Of a DNA stretch of 64,000 nt, positions 10,149 to 18,617 are shown in pieces; position 1 is the first letter of the stretch; the number at the start of each line of letters is the position of its first letter. This DNA comes from an uncultured bacterium. GTDB lineage: Bacteria; Oederibacteriota; PGYV01; CAWJRG01. The position numbers were made by a program, and so were the translations under genes. The DNA lies in contig CAWJRG010000010.1 in assembly GCA_963845185.1 (NCBI GenBank), positions 844,140-908,139 on the forward strand, written 5' to 3'. Below the pieces are notes generated by a model. That model saw nothing but the letters and a program-made list of their open reading frames with translations, did no database searches and had not been told where the DNA came from.

Positions 10149-10249
10149 ACACCGCTTGTCTTCGGCCTGATGGCCTCAGACTTGAACGGGTGTATGTCGA
10201 TGTAATTTTCGACTGCACCCAGCGGGTTTGTCTCAAAAACATCGACATA
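10149..10249 (+). repeat. Family-1 element, copy 2b
   Basis: ACACCGCTTGTCT..AGACTTGAACGGGTGT plus a TATGTCGATG/CATCGACATA stem; abuts GGAGG at 10250. Confidence 0.88.
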
Positions 10250-10259
10250 GGAGGAATTC

Positions 10260-10955
10260 ATGAAGAAAATATTATTAGTGTCAGTTTTATGCATGTTTGC
10301 GGTGTCAGTGGCTCTTGCACAGCCAAAGAAAACTACAAACGGGGATATGTTTTCCTATATCCCGTACAAGAGCGCTACATGGAAGCAAAAAACCACGGTT
10401 GAGAACGACGCAGGCGTCAATACAATAGAACAGTCTGTGTGGTTCAAAGACAAAAAGATGCGGACAGAAGGTACGTATCTGGACAAGGGAACAGGCAAGG
10501 AAGGGGACCAGATAATAATTGTCACGGATAAATACATGTACGTAATAATTCCCGAAAAAAAACAGGGCCTTCAATATTCCATGGACAGCGCGAATAATCC
10601 GGAAAAAGAACAGCAAAGCGTGGATAAATTCAGAAAAAACGCGAAGAAGACAGGGTCTGAAAAAATAAACGGTGTGGAATATGACATTTATAAATATTCA
10701 TTTAATACCAAAAACGGCGCAAATAAAATTTATGCGGAGATTACAGAATGGCGGAACCAGACAGACGGATTTCCGATGAAAACCGAAAGCTGGATGAAAA
10801 TCACCGGAGAACAAACAGGGACAATGAAGACAATAACCGAAATAAGCGATTTAAAGATAAATGCCGCGGTTCCAGACTCCAAATTCGTGCCTGACAGCGA
10901 TATTCAAATAGGGGATATGGACGAGATGCTGAAGAAGACTGGGCAGAATAAATAG
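10260..10955 (+). CDS. Secreted protein, DUF4412/LolA-like fold
   Basis: Signal peptide; W.KDKKMR.E, TGSEKING..YDIY and VPDSKF motifs. Confidence 0.6.
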   Translation: MKKILLVSVLCMFAVSVALAQPKKTTNGDMFSYIPYKSATWKQKTTVENDAGVNTIEQSVWFKDKKMRTEGTYLDKGTGKEGDQIIIVTDKYMYVIIPEKKQGLQYSMDSANNPEKEQQSVDKFRKNAKKTGSEKINGVEYDIYKYSFNTKNGANKIYAEITEWRNQTDGFPMKTESWMKITGEQTGTMKTITEISDLKINAAVPDSKFVPDSDIQIGDMDEMLKKTGQNK

Positions 10956-11009
10956 ATATAAAGCAACAGAGTTATTTTTTAAATATAAACAATTCGGAAG
11001 AGGTAACAA

Positions 11010-12038
11010 ATGGGAAGCGTAAAAGAAGTGAAAGTTTTAAAATCTGCGGAAAAAGACAAGGAAGGCGAAGGAGAATTCATATTTTCAGACAGGTATTCGG
11101 TTTTTGACTGGGGAGAAATGCCTGACCATATTGACAAAAAAGGAGCTGCCTTATGCGTGCTTTCGGCTTTTTTCTTTGATATTCTTGATAAAAAAGGCGT
11201 AAGAACGCATTTTTTAGGGCTTGTTGAAGATGGAAAAGCAAAAAAGTTCGCAGAATTAAAATCATATTCAAACAAAATGCGCGTCAAGCTGGTGAGGGTG
11301 CTAAAACCGGCTTACGACAGTCAAAAGAATTCCTATGATTACTCGGTTTACAACGGCGAAAAAGACAATTACCTTATTCCTCTCGAAGTGATTTACAGGA
11401 ATAAGCTGGGAGATGGTTCAAGCGTTTTTAAAAGACTCAAATCCGGGGCAATCACATATAAGGATATGGGGCTTGACCATGAGCCAAAGCCGGGAGAAGT
11501 TCTTGTTGAACCCATAATAGATGTTTCAACCAAGCTTGAGCATATCGACAGGTACCTTGGGTGGGAGGAAGCAGCGGCAATTTCAGGCCTTTCGCCGGAA
11601 GGCATAAAGAAAGTAAAAGACCTTACCCTGCTGATAAACGGCGTCATAAGCGAGTATACTAAAAAATACGGAATAGAAAACGAGGATGGAAAATTCGAGT
11701 TTGCCATAGACAGGGAAGAAAACACCATGCTTATAGACGTGCTCGGGACGCCGGATGAATGCAGGTTCTCATATAAAGGTTTCCACATAAGCAAGGAATT
11801 CGCAAGGCGCTGGTACAGGAAAACAGAATGGTTTAACGAGGTTGAAAAGGCAAAAAAGGAAAGGGGCCGCGACTGGAAAAAGTTTGTAAAAATAAAGCCG
11901 GAGCCGTTGCCGGATGAGATGAAAATCCTCCTGTCGCACATGTACCTCGCAGTTACAAATGAAATAACAGGCAGGAGATTTTTTGATGTGCCCGAGCTTC
12001 CAAAAATCATAGAGGAGTTGAAAAAATATGACACCTGA
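11010..12038 (+). CDS. purC: SAICAR synthetase, long type
   Basis: GSVK, FSDRYSVFDWG, IPLEVIYRN, STKLE, DGKFEF and DVLGTPDECRF motifs. Confidence 0.93.
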   Translation: MGSVKEVKVLKSAEKDKEGEGEFIFSDRYSVFDWGEMPDHIDKKGAALCVLSAFFFDILDKKGVRTHFLGLVEDGKAKKFAELKSYSNKMRVKLVRVLKPAYDSQKNSYDYSVYNGEKDNYLIPLEVIYRNKLGDGSSVFKRLKSGAITYKDMGLDHEPKPGEVLVEPIIDVSTKLEHIDRYLGWEEAAAISGLSPEGIKKVKDLTLLINGVISEYTKKYGIENEDGKFEFAIDREENTMLIDVLGTPDECRFSYKGFHISKEFARRWYRKTEWFNEVEKAKKERGRDWKKFVKIKPEPLPDEMKILLSHMYLAVTNEITGRRFFDVPELPKIIEELKKYDT

Positions 12039-12633
12039 AAATGTCCTGGCATACCGCCTGAGGGTGTTGAACAAAACAAAACAATATTATTACGGGGATA
12101 CTTTGCTTGATGTGGGCTGCGGTGACGGCCTGGATGATGAGCTTATGCTGAAATATTTCAAAAGAATAGAGGGAATAGACATAAATGAAAATCCGGCGTG
12201 GAACGAGCACAGGAGGGAAAACCTTATATTGAAGAAAGCAGATGCGGAAAACCTGGATTACCCGGACAATAGCTTTGATACTGTCATAGAAAAAGACGTA
12301 CTGCACCACGTGTCTGACCCGGAAAAAGCCTTAAAAGAAATGACAAGAATAGCAAAGAAAAGAATAATACTAATAGAGGCAAACCGGTATAACCCGCTTT
12401 TTTACATTTTTTTGACTTTAATGTGGAAACACAACCATTTCAGACAGAAAAGATTCAAAGAACTTGTAAAGTCAAGCGGCCTGCAGTCGGAAATTATGCA
12501 TTTTTCCGCAAGAGTATGCCCAATAAACAACAGCGGATTTATAAAGTTTTTTGACAAACTGGAAGATCTTATTGAGAAATTCCCGCCTTATACGCCCATA
12601 ATAGAATACAACCTGGCAATAATAACAAAATAA
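12028..12633 (+). CDS. Class I SAM-dependent methyltransferase
   Basis: LLDVGCGDG, DAENL.YPDNSFD and VLHH motifs. Confidence 0.88.
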   Translation: MTPENVLAYRLRVLNKTKQYYYGDTLLDVGCGDGLDDELMLKYFKRIEGIDINENPAWNEHRRENLILKKADAENLDYPDNSFDTVIEKDVLHHVSDPEKALKEMTRIAKKRIILIEANRYNPLFYIFLTLMWKHNHFRQKRFKELVKSSGLQSEIMHFSARVCPINNSGFIKFFDKLEDLIEKFPPYTPIIEYNLAIITK

Positions 12634-13688
12634 TGCTTACCAGGATTGATAATGTTTTAAAAACAATAACAAAAAACCAAGCATTTTATATTTCCAACGC
12701 CTCAGATATTTTTTACCTTACAGGTTTTTCGGGGACTTTTGCCAGGATAATTGTAAAAGAAAAAAAAGCACATTTTATAACCGATTACAGATATGAAAAA
12801 GTCGTTGAAAAAACAGGCATTGAAAAAAAATTCAACGTAATAATAACAAAAGACCATGTAAAAGATACTAGGCTGCTTTTATCAGAGAGCAAAAAAGTTT
12901 ATATGAGCAAAAAGACGCAGCTTGAGGAATATTTTTCAGTCAAGGACGGCATGGGTAAAGAAATAGAGTTCAGCAGCCTTATAAGCGATTTGAGGATGAT
13001 AAAGGATAACGAGGAAGTAGAGCTCATAAAAAATGCGGTAAAAATAATCGAAGCAGGAATTAAATATATAACTTCCATTATAAGGGAAGGCATGAGCGAA
13101 AAAGACCTTGCAACAGAACTTGAATATTTTATAAAGAAAAACGGAGCTGAATCAATGTCTTTCCCGCCAATCATAGCCTTCGGGCAAAACTCAAATAGCC
13201 CGCATCATATAACTTCCATGAAAAAGCTGAAAAAAGGCGATGTAATCCTGATGGATACTGGCGTAAAATACAATGGTTATTGTTCTGACTTGACAAGGGT
13301 GGCAGGCTTCGGTATAATCAAATCTCGCCTAAAAGAGGTGGAAAAAAACTATAATCTTGTGCAGGAAGCCAAAAAAATAAGCCTTGATTCCTACAGGATA
13401 GGCATTTTCATAAATAAAGCCGAGCAAAAAGCAAGGGAATTCCTTAAGAAATGCGGGCTTGAGCGGTTTTTTACCCATTCGCTCGGACATTCCCTTGGAA
13501 TAGATATACATGAATTACCGGCATGCAATTTAAAGGAAAATACCAGATTCAAAAAAGGACTGGTTTTGACCTGCGAGCCCGGAATATATTTAAAAAATTA
13601 CGGTATAAGAATAGAAGATGATTACCTGATAACCAGTGCAGGGCCGGAAAAGCTCGGCAGGATGAAAGATGATCTTATTGTGATTTAA
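12633..13688 (+). CDS. Xaa-Pro aminopeptidase (M24 family)
   Basis: YLTGFSG, D.G...GYCSDLTR, HSLGHSLG..IHE, EPGIY and GIRIED; lies directly upstream of efp. Confidence 0.93.
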   Translation: MLTRIDNVLKTITKNQAFYISNASDIFYLTGFSGTFARIIVKEKKAHFITDYRYEKVVEKTGIEKKFNVIITKDHVKDTRLLLSESKKVYMSKKTQLEEYFSVKDGMGKEIEFSSLISDLRMIKDNEEVELIKNAVKIIEAGIKYITSIIREGMSEKDLATELEYFIKKNGAESMSFPPIIAFGQNSNSPHHITSMKKLKKGDVILMDTGVKYNGYCSDLTRVAGFGIIKSRLKEVEKNYNLVQEAKKISLDSYRIGIFINKAEQKAREFLKKCGLERFFTHSLGHSLGIDIHELPACNLKENTRFKKGLVLTCEPGIYLKNYGIRIEDDYLITSAGPEKLGRMKDDLIVI

Positions 13689-13751
13689 CGATTTGACAAT
13701 AAAATAGTTTAACAAACAAATGCAAAAATAATATCAAGGAGGCAAAGTTTT

Positions 13752-14315
13752 ATGTCTTTAGCAACAGATTTAAGGCCAGGTGCCATTATAAAACACGAGG
13801 GCATAATTTACGAGATAATATATTACCACCATGTCCAGAGGCCCAGGCTGGCGCCGCTGGTGCGTTTAAAAATGAAAAACATTAAACTTGGCACAGTTAC
13901 AGAAAGGACTTTCAGCCCTGATGATAAAATGGAAGACGTGGCAGTTGAAGAAAGAAAACTCCAGTTTCAGTACAGGCAGGGAGATTCGCTTCATTTTATG
14001 GATACGGATTCTTATGAACAATACGAGTTTAACGAAAAGCAGATAGGCGAGCAGAGCCATTACCTGAAAGAGGAAATGACAATATCCATGATGATATATG
14101 AAGGAGAAATCCTCGGCGTTGTTGTTCCGAACAAGGTGGATTTAAAAGTAGCGCAGGCGCCACCTGCGGTAAAAGGCGATACGGTGAGCAACGCAACAAA
14201 AACAGCGGTGCTGGAAACAGGAACACAGGTACAGGTGCCGCTTTTTATAAAAGAAGGTGATACCGTCAGAGTCGACACAAGGACAGGAGAGTATGTGGAA
14301 AGGGTAAGCAATTGA
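13752..14315 (+). CDS. efp: Elongation factor P with a non-canonical loop
   Basis: KGDT, LETG..VQVPLFIKEGD..RVDTRTGEYVER C-terminal signature. Confidence 0.97.
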   Translation: MSLATDLRPGAIIKHEGIIYEIIYYHHVQRPRLAPLVRLKMKNIKLGTVTERTFSPDDKMEDVAVEERKLQFQYRQGDSLHFMDTDSYEQYEFNEKQIGEQSHYLKEEMTISMMIYEGEILGVVVPNKVDLKVAQAPPAVKGDTVSNATKTAVLETGTQVQVPLFIKEGDTVRVDTRTGEYVERVSN

Positions 14316-14395
14316 CAAATCCGGGTGAAAATCCCGTAAAATATAACCGGCTTGATGAAAAAATAAAGCAATAAATTAAAAAGGCGGTGTAAAAA

Positions 14396-14911
14396 ATGCC
14401 AAAACAAGAAAAAGAACCCAAAGTGGATATAGATCTTATAAATCAGGTGCTGAAAATAATGGAAAAAGGAGACCTGGTTGAGCTCCTTGTCGAACAGGAT
14501 AATTTTAAAATACAGCTGAAGAAAAGCGGGGCAAATATCATGCATTCAACGCCAACAATTTTTACAACATCGGCACCTGCAAATTTTCAGGCATCCGCAG
14601 GGCCTGTACAGTCAGCGGCAAGCACAGGGCCAGCTGCAGAAGCGGCAAAGCCTGTTGAAGAAGACCCGAATGTTCATACGGTGAAATCGCCAATGGTAGG
14701 GACTTTTTACAGGGCTCCGTCTCCTGACGCGGCGCCGTTTGTCAATATCGGCGACAATGTTTCGCCAGGCCAGACTCTGTGCATAATCGAAGCAATGAAA
14801 ATAATGAACGAAATTAAATCAGAAATAAAAGGCAAGGTAAAGGAAGTCAGGGTTGAAAACGGACAGGCTGTTGAATTTAACCAGCCAATTATATTAATAG
14901 AAAAGACATAA
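14396..14911 (+). CDS. accB: Acetyl-CoA carboxylase biotin carboxyl carrier protein
   Basis: SPMVGTFYRAPSP and the EAMK biotinylation site. Confidence 0.97.
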   Translation: MPKQEKEPKVDIDLINQVLKIMEKGDLVELLVEQDNFKIQLKKSGANIMHSTPTIFTTSAPANFQASAGPVQSAASTGPAAEAAKPVEEDPNVHTVKSPMVGTFYRAPSPDAAPFVNIGDNVSPGQTLCIIEAMKIMNEIKSEIKGKVKEVRVENGQAVEFNQPIILIEKT

Positions 14912-14929
14912 ACTGCAAAGGATGGCACA

Positions 14930-16276
14930 ATGTTTAAAAGGATTTTAATAGCAAACAGAGGCGAAATAGCGCTGCGAGTTATCCGCGCATGCAAGGAAAT
15001 GGGCATTGAAACGGTTGCCGTATTTTCGGAAGCCGACGAAAATTCCCTTCACGTGCGTTACGCTGACCACGCAATATGCATAGGCCCGGCCCAGGCAAAG
15101 GAAAGTTACCTTAATATGCCGGCCATCATTTCCGCGGCCGAAGTTACGGATTCAGAGGCAATACACCCGGGTTACGGTTTTTTGGCTGAAAACGCCCATT
15201 TTGCTGAAATATGCGCGGAGTGCAATATAAAATTTATCGGGCCATATCCCGACGCCATTAAGGCAATGGGAGACAAGGCGCGCGCAATACAGACAGCCAT
15301 CGCAAACAAAGTCCCTACTGTGCCGGGCAGCGGAAGAGTTTTAAAAGACGAGAACGACGCCGTGGAAATAGCAAAAAAGATAGGGTTCCCTGTCATGATA
15401 AAAGCATCTGCAGGAGGCGGCGGCAGGGGCATGAGGATTGCCCATACCGAGCTTTCGCTGCGCAACCTGTTTAACGTCGCCAGGCAGGAGGCGCAGACTG
15501 CTTTTAACGACCCGGCGGTTTACCTCGAAAAATATGTCGAGGAACCAAGGCATATTGAGATACAGATAATGGCCGATGAATACGGCAATTGCATCGCCCT
15601 GGGCGAAAGGGACTGCACTATCCAGCGGAGGCACCAGAAGCTCCTTGAAGAAACACCCTCGCCCATGCTCAACGAAAAATTAAGGCATGAGATGGGACTG
15701 CTTGCGGTGAAAATAGCAAAGGCAGTGAAATACGTAGGAGCCGGCACCATAGAATTTATCATGGACAAAAACAGGGAATATTATTTCATGGAAATGAACA
15801 CAAGGATTCAGGTCGAGCACCCGGTTACCGAGGAAGTCACAGGTTTTGACCTTATTAAAGAGCAGATAAAGGTCGCGTCCGGCAGGAGGCTTTCGTTTCC
15901 GCCAAAGGAACTCAAGCTGAGGGGACACGCCATAGAATGCAGGATAAACGCAGAAGACCCTGATAATAATTTCATACCATCGCCGGGCACAATTACGGAA
16001 TATAACGTACCTGGCGGTGCAGGCATAAGGATAGACACGCATGTTTACAGGGGATATAAGATACCGCCGTATTATGATTCAATGATGGCAAAAATAATAG
16101 CAAAAGGAAAAGACAGGGAAGAAGCAATAGAAAGAATGCAAAGGGCGCTTGATGAATTTGTAATAGAGGGAGTGAAAACAACCATACCGCTGCACAAAAG
16201 AATACTGGACAACGAGAATTTCCTCAGGAACAATTATTCCACATTATTTATAGAAAAACTGGAAAAGGAAAAATGA
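14930..16276 (+). CDS. accC: Acetyl-CoA carboxylase biotin carboxylase subunit
   Basis: ANRGEIA, HPGYGFLAEN, GGGGRGMR and EMNTRIQVEH motifs. Confidence 0.98.
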   Translation: MFKRILIANRGEIALRVIRACKEMGIETVAVFSEADENSLHVRYADHAICIGPAQAKESYLNMPAIISAAEVTDSEAIHPGYGFLAENAHFAEICAECNIKFIGPYPDAIKAMGDKARAIQTAIANKVPTVPGSGRVLKDENDAVEIAKKIGFPVMIKASAGGGGRGMRIAHTELSLRNLFNVARQEAQTAFNDPAVYLEKYVEEPRHIEIQIMADEYGNCIALGERDCTIQRRHQKLLEETPSPMLNEKLRHEMGLLAVKIAKAVKYVGAGTIEFIMDKNREYYFMEMNTRIQVEHPVTEEVTGFDLIKEQIKVASGRRLSFPPKELKLRGHAIECRINAEDPDNNFIPSPGTITEYNVPGGAGIRIDTHVYRGYKIPPYYDSMMAKIIAKGKDREEAIERMQRALDEFVIEGVKTTIPLHKRILDNENFLRNNYSTLFIEKLEKEK

Positions 16277-16289
16277 TTTGAGGTGATTT

Positions 16290-16652
16290 ATGACGGCAAA
16301 CATAAATGAAGCGGGCGACATAAAAATTTCAGACGACGCGGTAGCGATGATAGCGGCAATTGCCGCAAAAAAAGTGGAAGGCGTTATAGGCCTGGATTCA
16401 GGCCCGGTGGGCGGCATAGCCGAGGCGCTGGGAATGCAGAACATGACAAAGGGCATAAAAGTAAGCATGGGAAAAGACAGCGTATCGCTTGATGTTAACC
16501 TAGTTGTTTTATTCGGCAAGGAAATATCGGACGTGGGCGCCGAGGTCCAGGAAAAAGTAAAAGAGGCTATTGAAAATATGACGGGCCTAATAGTCGATAA
16601 AATCAACGTTAACATAAACAGCGTCAGATTTGCCAAAGAAAAAAGCCTGTAA
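16290..16652 (+). CDS. Asp23/Gls24 family protein (YqhY-like)
   Basis: G.IKISDDAVA.IA..AA..VEGV and VQEKVKEAIENMTGL..INVNI. Confidence 0.9.
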   Translation: MTANINEAGDIKISDDAVAMIAAIAAKKVEGVIGLDSGPVGGIAEALGMQNMTKGIKVSMGKDSVSLDVNLVVLFGKEISDVGAEVQEKVKEAIENMTGLIVDKINVNINSVRFAKEKSL

Positions 16653-16671
16653 TAACTAAAGGAGGACTTAC

Positions 16672-17229
16672 ATGAGAATATTCAACAGGATAATAATCAT
16701 TATAAACACCGCGTTGTTCTTTATTGTCGGCGCGTTCGGCGTTTCCATAAGCGTAAACCAGACAGCCAGTAAATGGTCGCTTGGCTTAATAGAAACGTTT
16801 GCCCAGTATTTAAACTCCTCGATAGCGGCCAGGATAATTATTCTTCTTTTCAGCCTGTTCCTGCTTTTTGTGGCGTTATTCACGACAATCGGCAATATAG
16901 AAACCAGAAGGCAGGAAAGGACAGTTGTGCTCGAGTCGCCGCTAGGGGATATTATGGTGTCTTTGTCGGCAATAGAGGATTTCTCAAAAGTCATTAAAAA
17001 CCAGATTGACGGCGTAAAGGACATAAAAGGAAAGGTTTTTGCAAAAAGAAAAAGGATGGATGTGAGGGCAAAAGTTGTTTTATATTCGGACAGGCCGGTT
17101 GCCGAAGTGACACAGGAAGTGCAGGAAGCGATAATAAATTACATCAAGAATACGCTTGGAATTGAAGCGGAAATCAAACCCACGATATTAGTCAGTAAGG
17201 TTGCGTATAAATCCAAGGAAGAAAAATAA
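16672..17229 (+). CDS. amaP: Alkaline shock response membrane anchor, AmaP-like
   Basis: Two TM helices then LGDI.VSLSAIED; located after asp23. Confidence 0.75.
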   Translation: MRIFNRIIIIINTALFFIVGAFGVSISVNQTASKWSLGLIETFAQYLNSSIAARIIILLFSLFLLFVALFTTIGNIETRRQERTVVLESPLGDIMVSLSAIEDFSKVIKNQIDGVKDIKGKVFAKRKRMDVRAKVVLYSDRPVAEVTQEVQEAIINYIKNTLGIEAEIKPTILVSKVAYKSKEEK

Positions 17230-17231
17230 TA

Positions 17232-17462
17232 ATGAAGGAAATCCTGAGGATTGTTATCCAGAATATAGGAAAGATAATTGGCGCGGTAGTTGCCTTTTTT
17301 ATTGCGCTGATGATAGCGATATTCGGGTTTTTAAAAACTATATTCATAGTCCTCTGCGTGCTTTTAGGGTATTACCTCGGCACGCTTTTTGACGACGGAT
17401 TATCCTTCAAGAAAACAATAAAAGACATCATGAACCTTTTCAGGCTGGATCAATGGCATTAA
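17232..17462 (+). CDS. DUF2273 small membrane protein
   Basis: GKIIGA...FGFLKTIFI..C..LGYYLG; usual partner of amaP. Confidence 0.75.
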   Translation: MKEILRIVIQNIGKIIGAVVAFFIALMIAIFGFLKTIFIVLCVLLGYYLGTLFDDGLSFKKTIKDIMNLFRLDQWH

Positions 17463-17890
17463 AAAAAAACAAGAAAACAATATATACGGTAATTGACGCA
17501 AATATAAACAGGGCAAAAGAGGGGCTGCGCGTAATTGAGGACATTACAAGGTTTATATTTGCGAAAAAAAACCTTTCAAAAGACCTGAAAAACCTTAGGC
17601 ACGCTGTTGACCTGGCCGTAAAAAAAATATCCCTTGATTATAAAGACATGATTTTAAGCAGGGACAGCGAAGGCGATGTCGGCAGGAGGACATTTGTCAA
17701 AAGCGAATTTATGCGGCAGGACCCGCAGGAAATATTAATATCAAATTTTAAGCGCGTAGAGGAATCCATGCGGGTTCTGGAAGAAATAGTAAAACTCATA
17801 GACAAAAAAGCCGCGGCAAGGTTCAAGGATTTGAGGTACAGGGCTTATGTGCTTGAAAAAAAAGCCGTGCTGGGCTGCAGGCTTAAATAG
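17453..17890 (+). CDS. Stand-alone ThiD2-type domain (thiamine biosynthesis)
   Basis: IDANINRAKEGLRVIED..RF, RDS.GDVG, NFKRVEESMRVLEE and RYRAY.LE motifs. Confidence 0.85.
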   Translation: MALKKNKKTIYTVIDANINRAKEGLRVIEDITRFIFAKKNLSKDLKNLRHAVDLAVKKISLDYKDMILSRDSEGDVGRRTFVKSEFMRQDPQEILISNFKRVEESMRVLEEIVKLIDKKAAARFKDLRYRAYVLEKKAVLGCRLK

Positions 17891-17909
17891 GGATAAGGCC
17901 GGTGCGGCA

Positions 17910-18539
17910 ATGAAAAAAATTGATTATTCCCTTTATGCCATTATTGACCTGGATTATTTGAAAGCCGCCGGTAAAAATTATAAAAAATCAGTTGTTTCGG
18001 TTTTTCGGGGCGGGGCCACGGTAGTCCAGATAAGATCCAAAAACACGGAAGACAATGAATTCTATGGAGCGGCTTTATACGCGAAAAAAATGTCGCGGAA
18101 ATACAAAATACCTCTTATAATCAACGACAGGGTTGATATAGCTTATTGCGTGGATGCGGATGGAGTGCATATAGGCTTCAATGACATGCCGCTTTCTGAA
18201 ACAAGAAAAATAATGAAAAAAGGAAAAATAATAGGGCTGTCGGCAAAAAATGAAAAAGAGGCGATTGTTGCAGACAAAAAAATGATTGATTATATCGGGC
18301 TCGGGCCAGTGTTCAGGACGGCAATAAAAAACACGAAACCATTGGGACTGAAAAAATTAAAAAGGATTTTAAAGAATCTGAAGAAAGACATAGTGGCAAT
18401 AGGCGGAATAAAAGAAAGCAATATAGAAAGTTTAAAAAAAGTAGGCGTAAAAAACTTCGCTATTATTTCAGATATTTTATCAGCAAAAAATATTTATAAT
18501 AAAACAAAAAGGATCAAGGATATAATTAGGAGAAGCTAA
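17910..18539 (+). CDS. thiE: Thiamine-phosphate synthase
   Basis: VQIRSK, INDRVDIA..DADGVHIG..D and AIGGI motifs. Confidence 0.93.
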   Translation: MKKIDYSLYAIIDLDYLKAAGKNYKKSVVSVFRGGATVVQIRSKNTEDNEFYGAALYAKKMSRKYKIPLIINDRVDIAYCVDADGVHIGFNDMPLSETRKIMKKGKIIGLSAKNEKEAIVADKKMIDYIGLGPVFRTAIKNTKPLGLKKLKRILKNLKKDIVAIGGIKESNIESLKKVGVKNFAIISDILSAKNIYNKTKRIKDIIRRS

Positions 18540-18561
18540 TAATATAAAAATACAAAATAAG

Positions 18562-18590
18562 ATAGAGACGACCCGGCGGGTCGTTTCTAC
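18562..18590. repeat. GTAG-type REP-like palindrome, copy 2
   Basis: ATAGAGACGACCCGGCGGGTCGTTTCTAC, nearly identical to the 5343 copy. Confidence 0.8.
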
Positions 18591-18617
18591 AGATAATTGC
18601 AATAACGGAGTTTAAAT

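Noticed and set aside
9440..10249. Family-1 copies as a CRISPR array
   Set aside because: The copies are dispersed and long, lack regular spacers, and there are no cas genes in the window.
9994..10402. Short ORFs over the tandem family-1 copies
   Set aside because: They are incidental open frames across the repeat with no protein motifs.
18540..18617. TPP riboswitch before thiC
   Set aside because: There is no CTGAGA or CCTGA...GTAGG core; the only structure is a REP-like hairpin.
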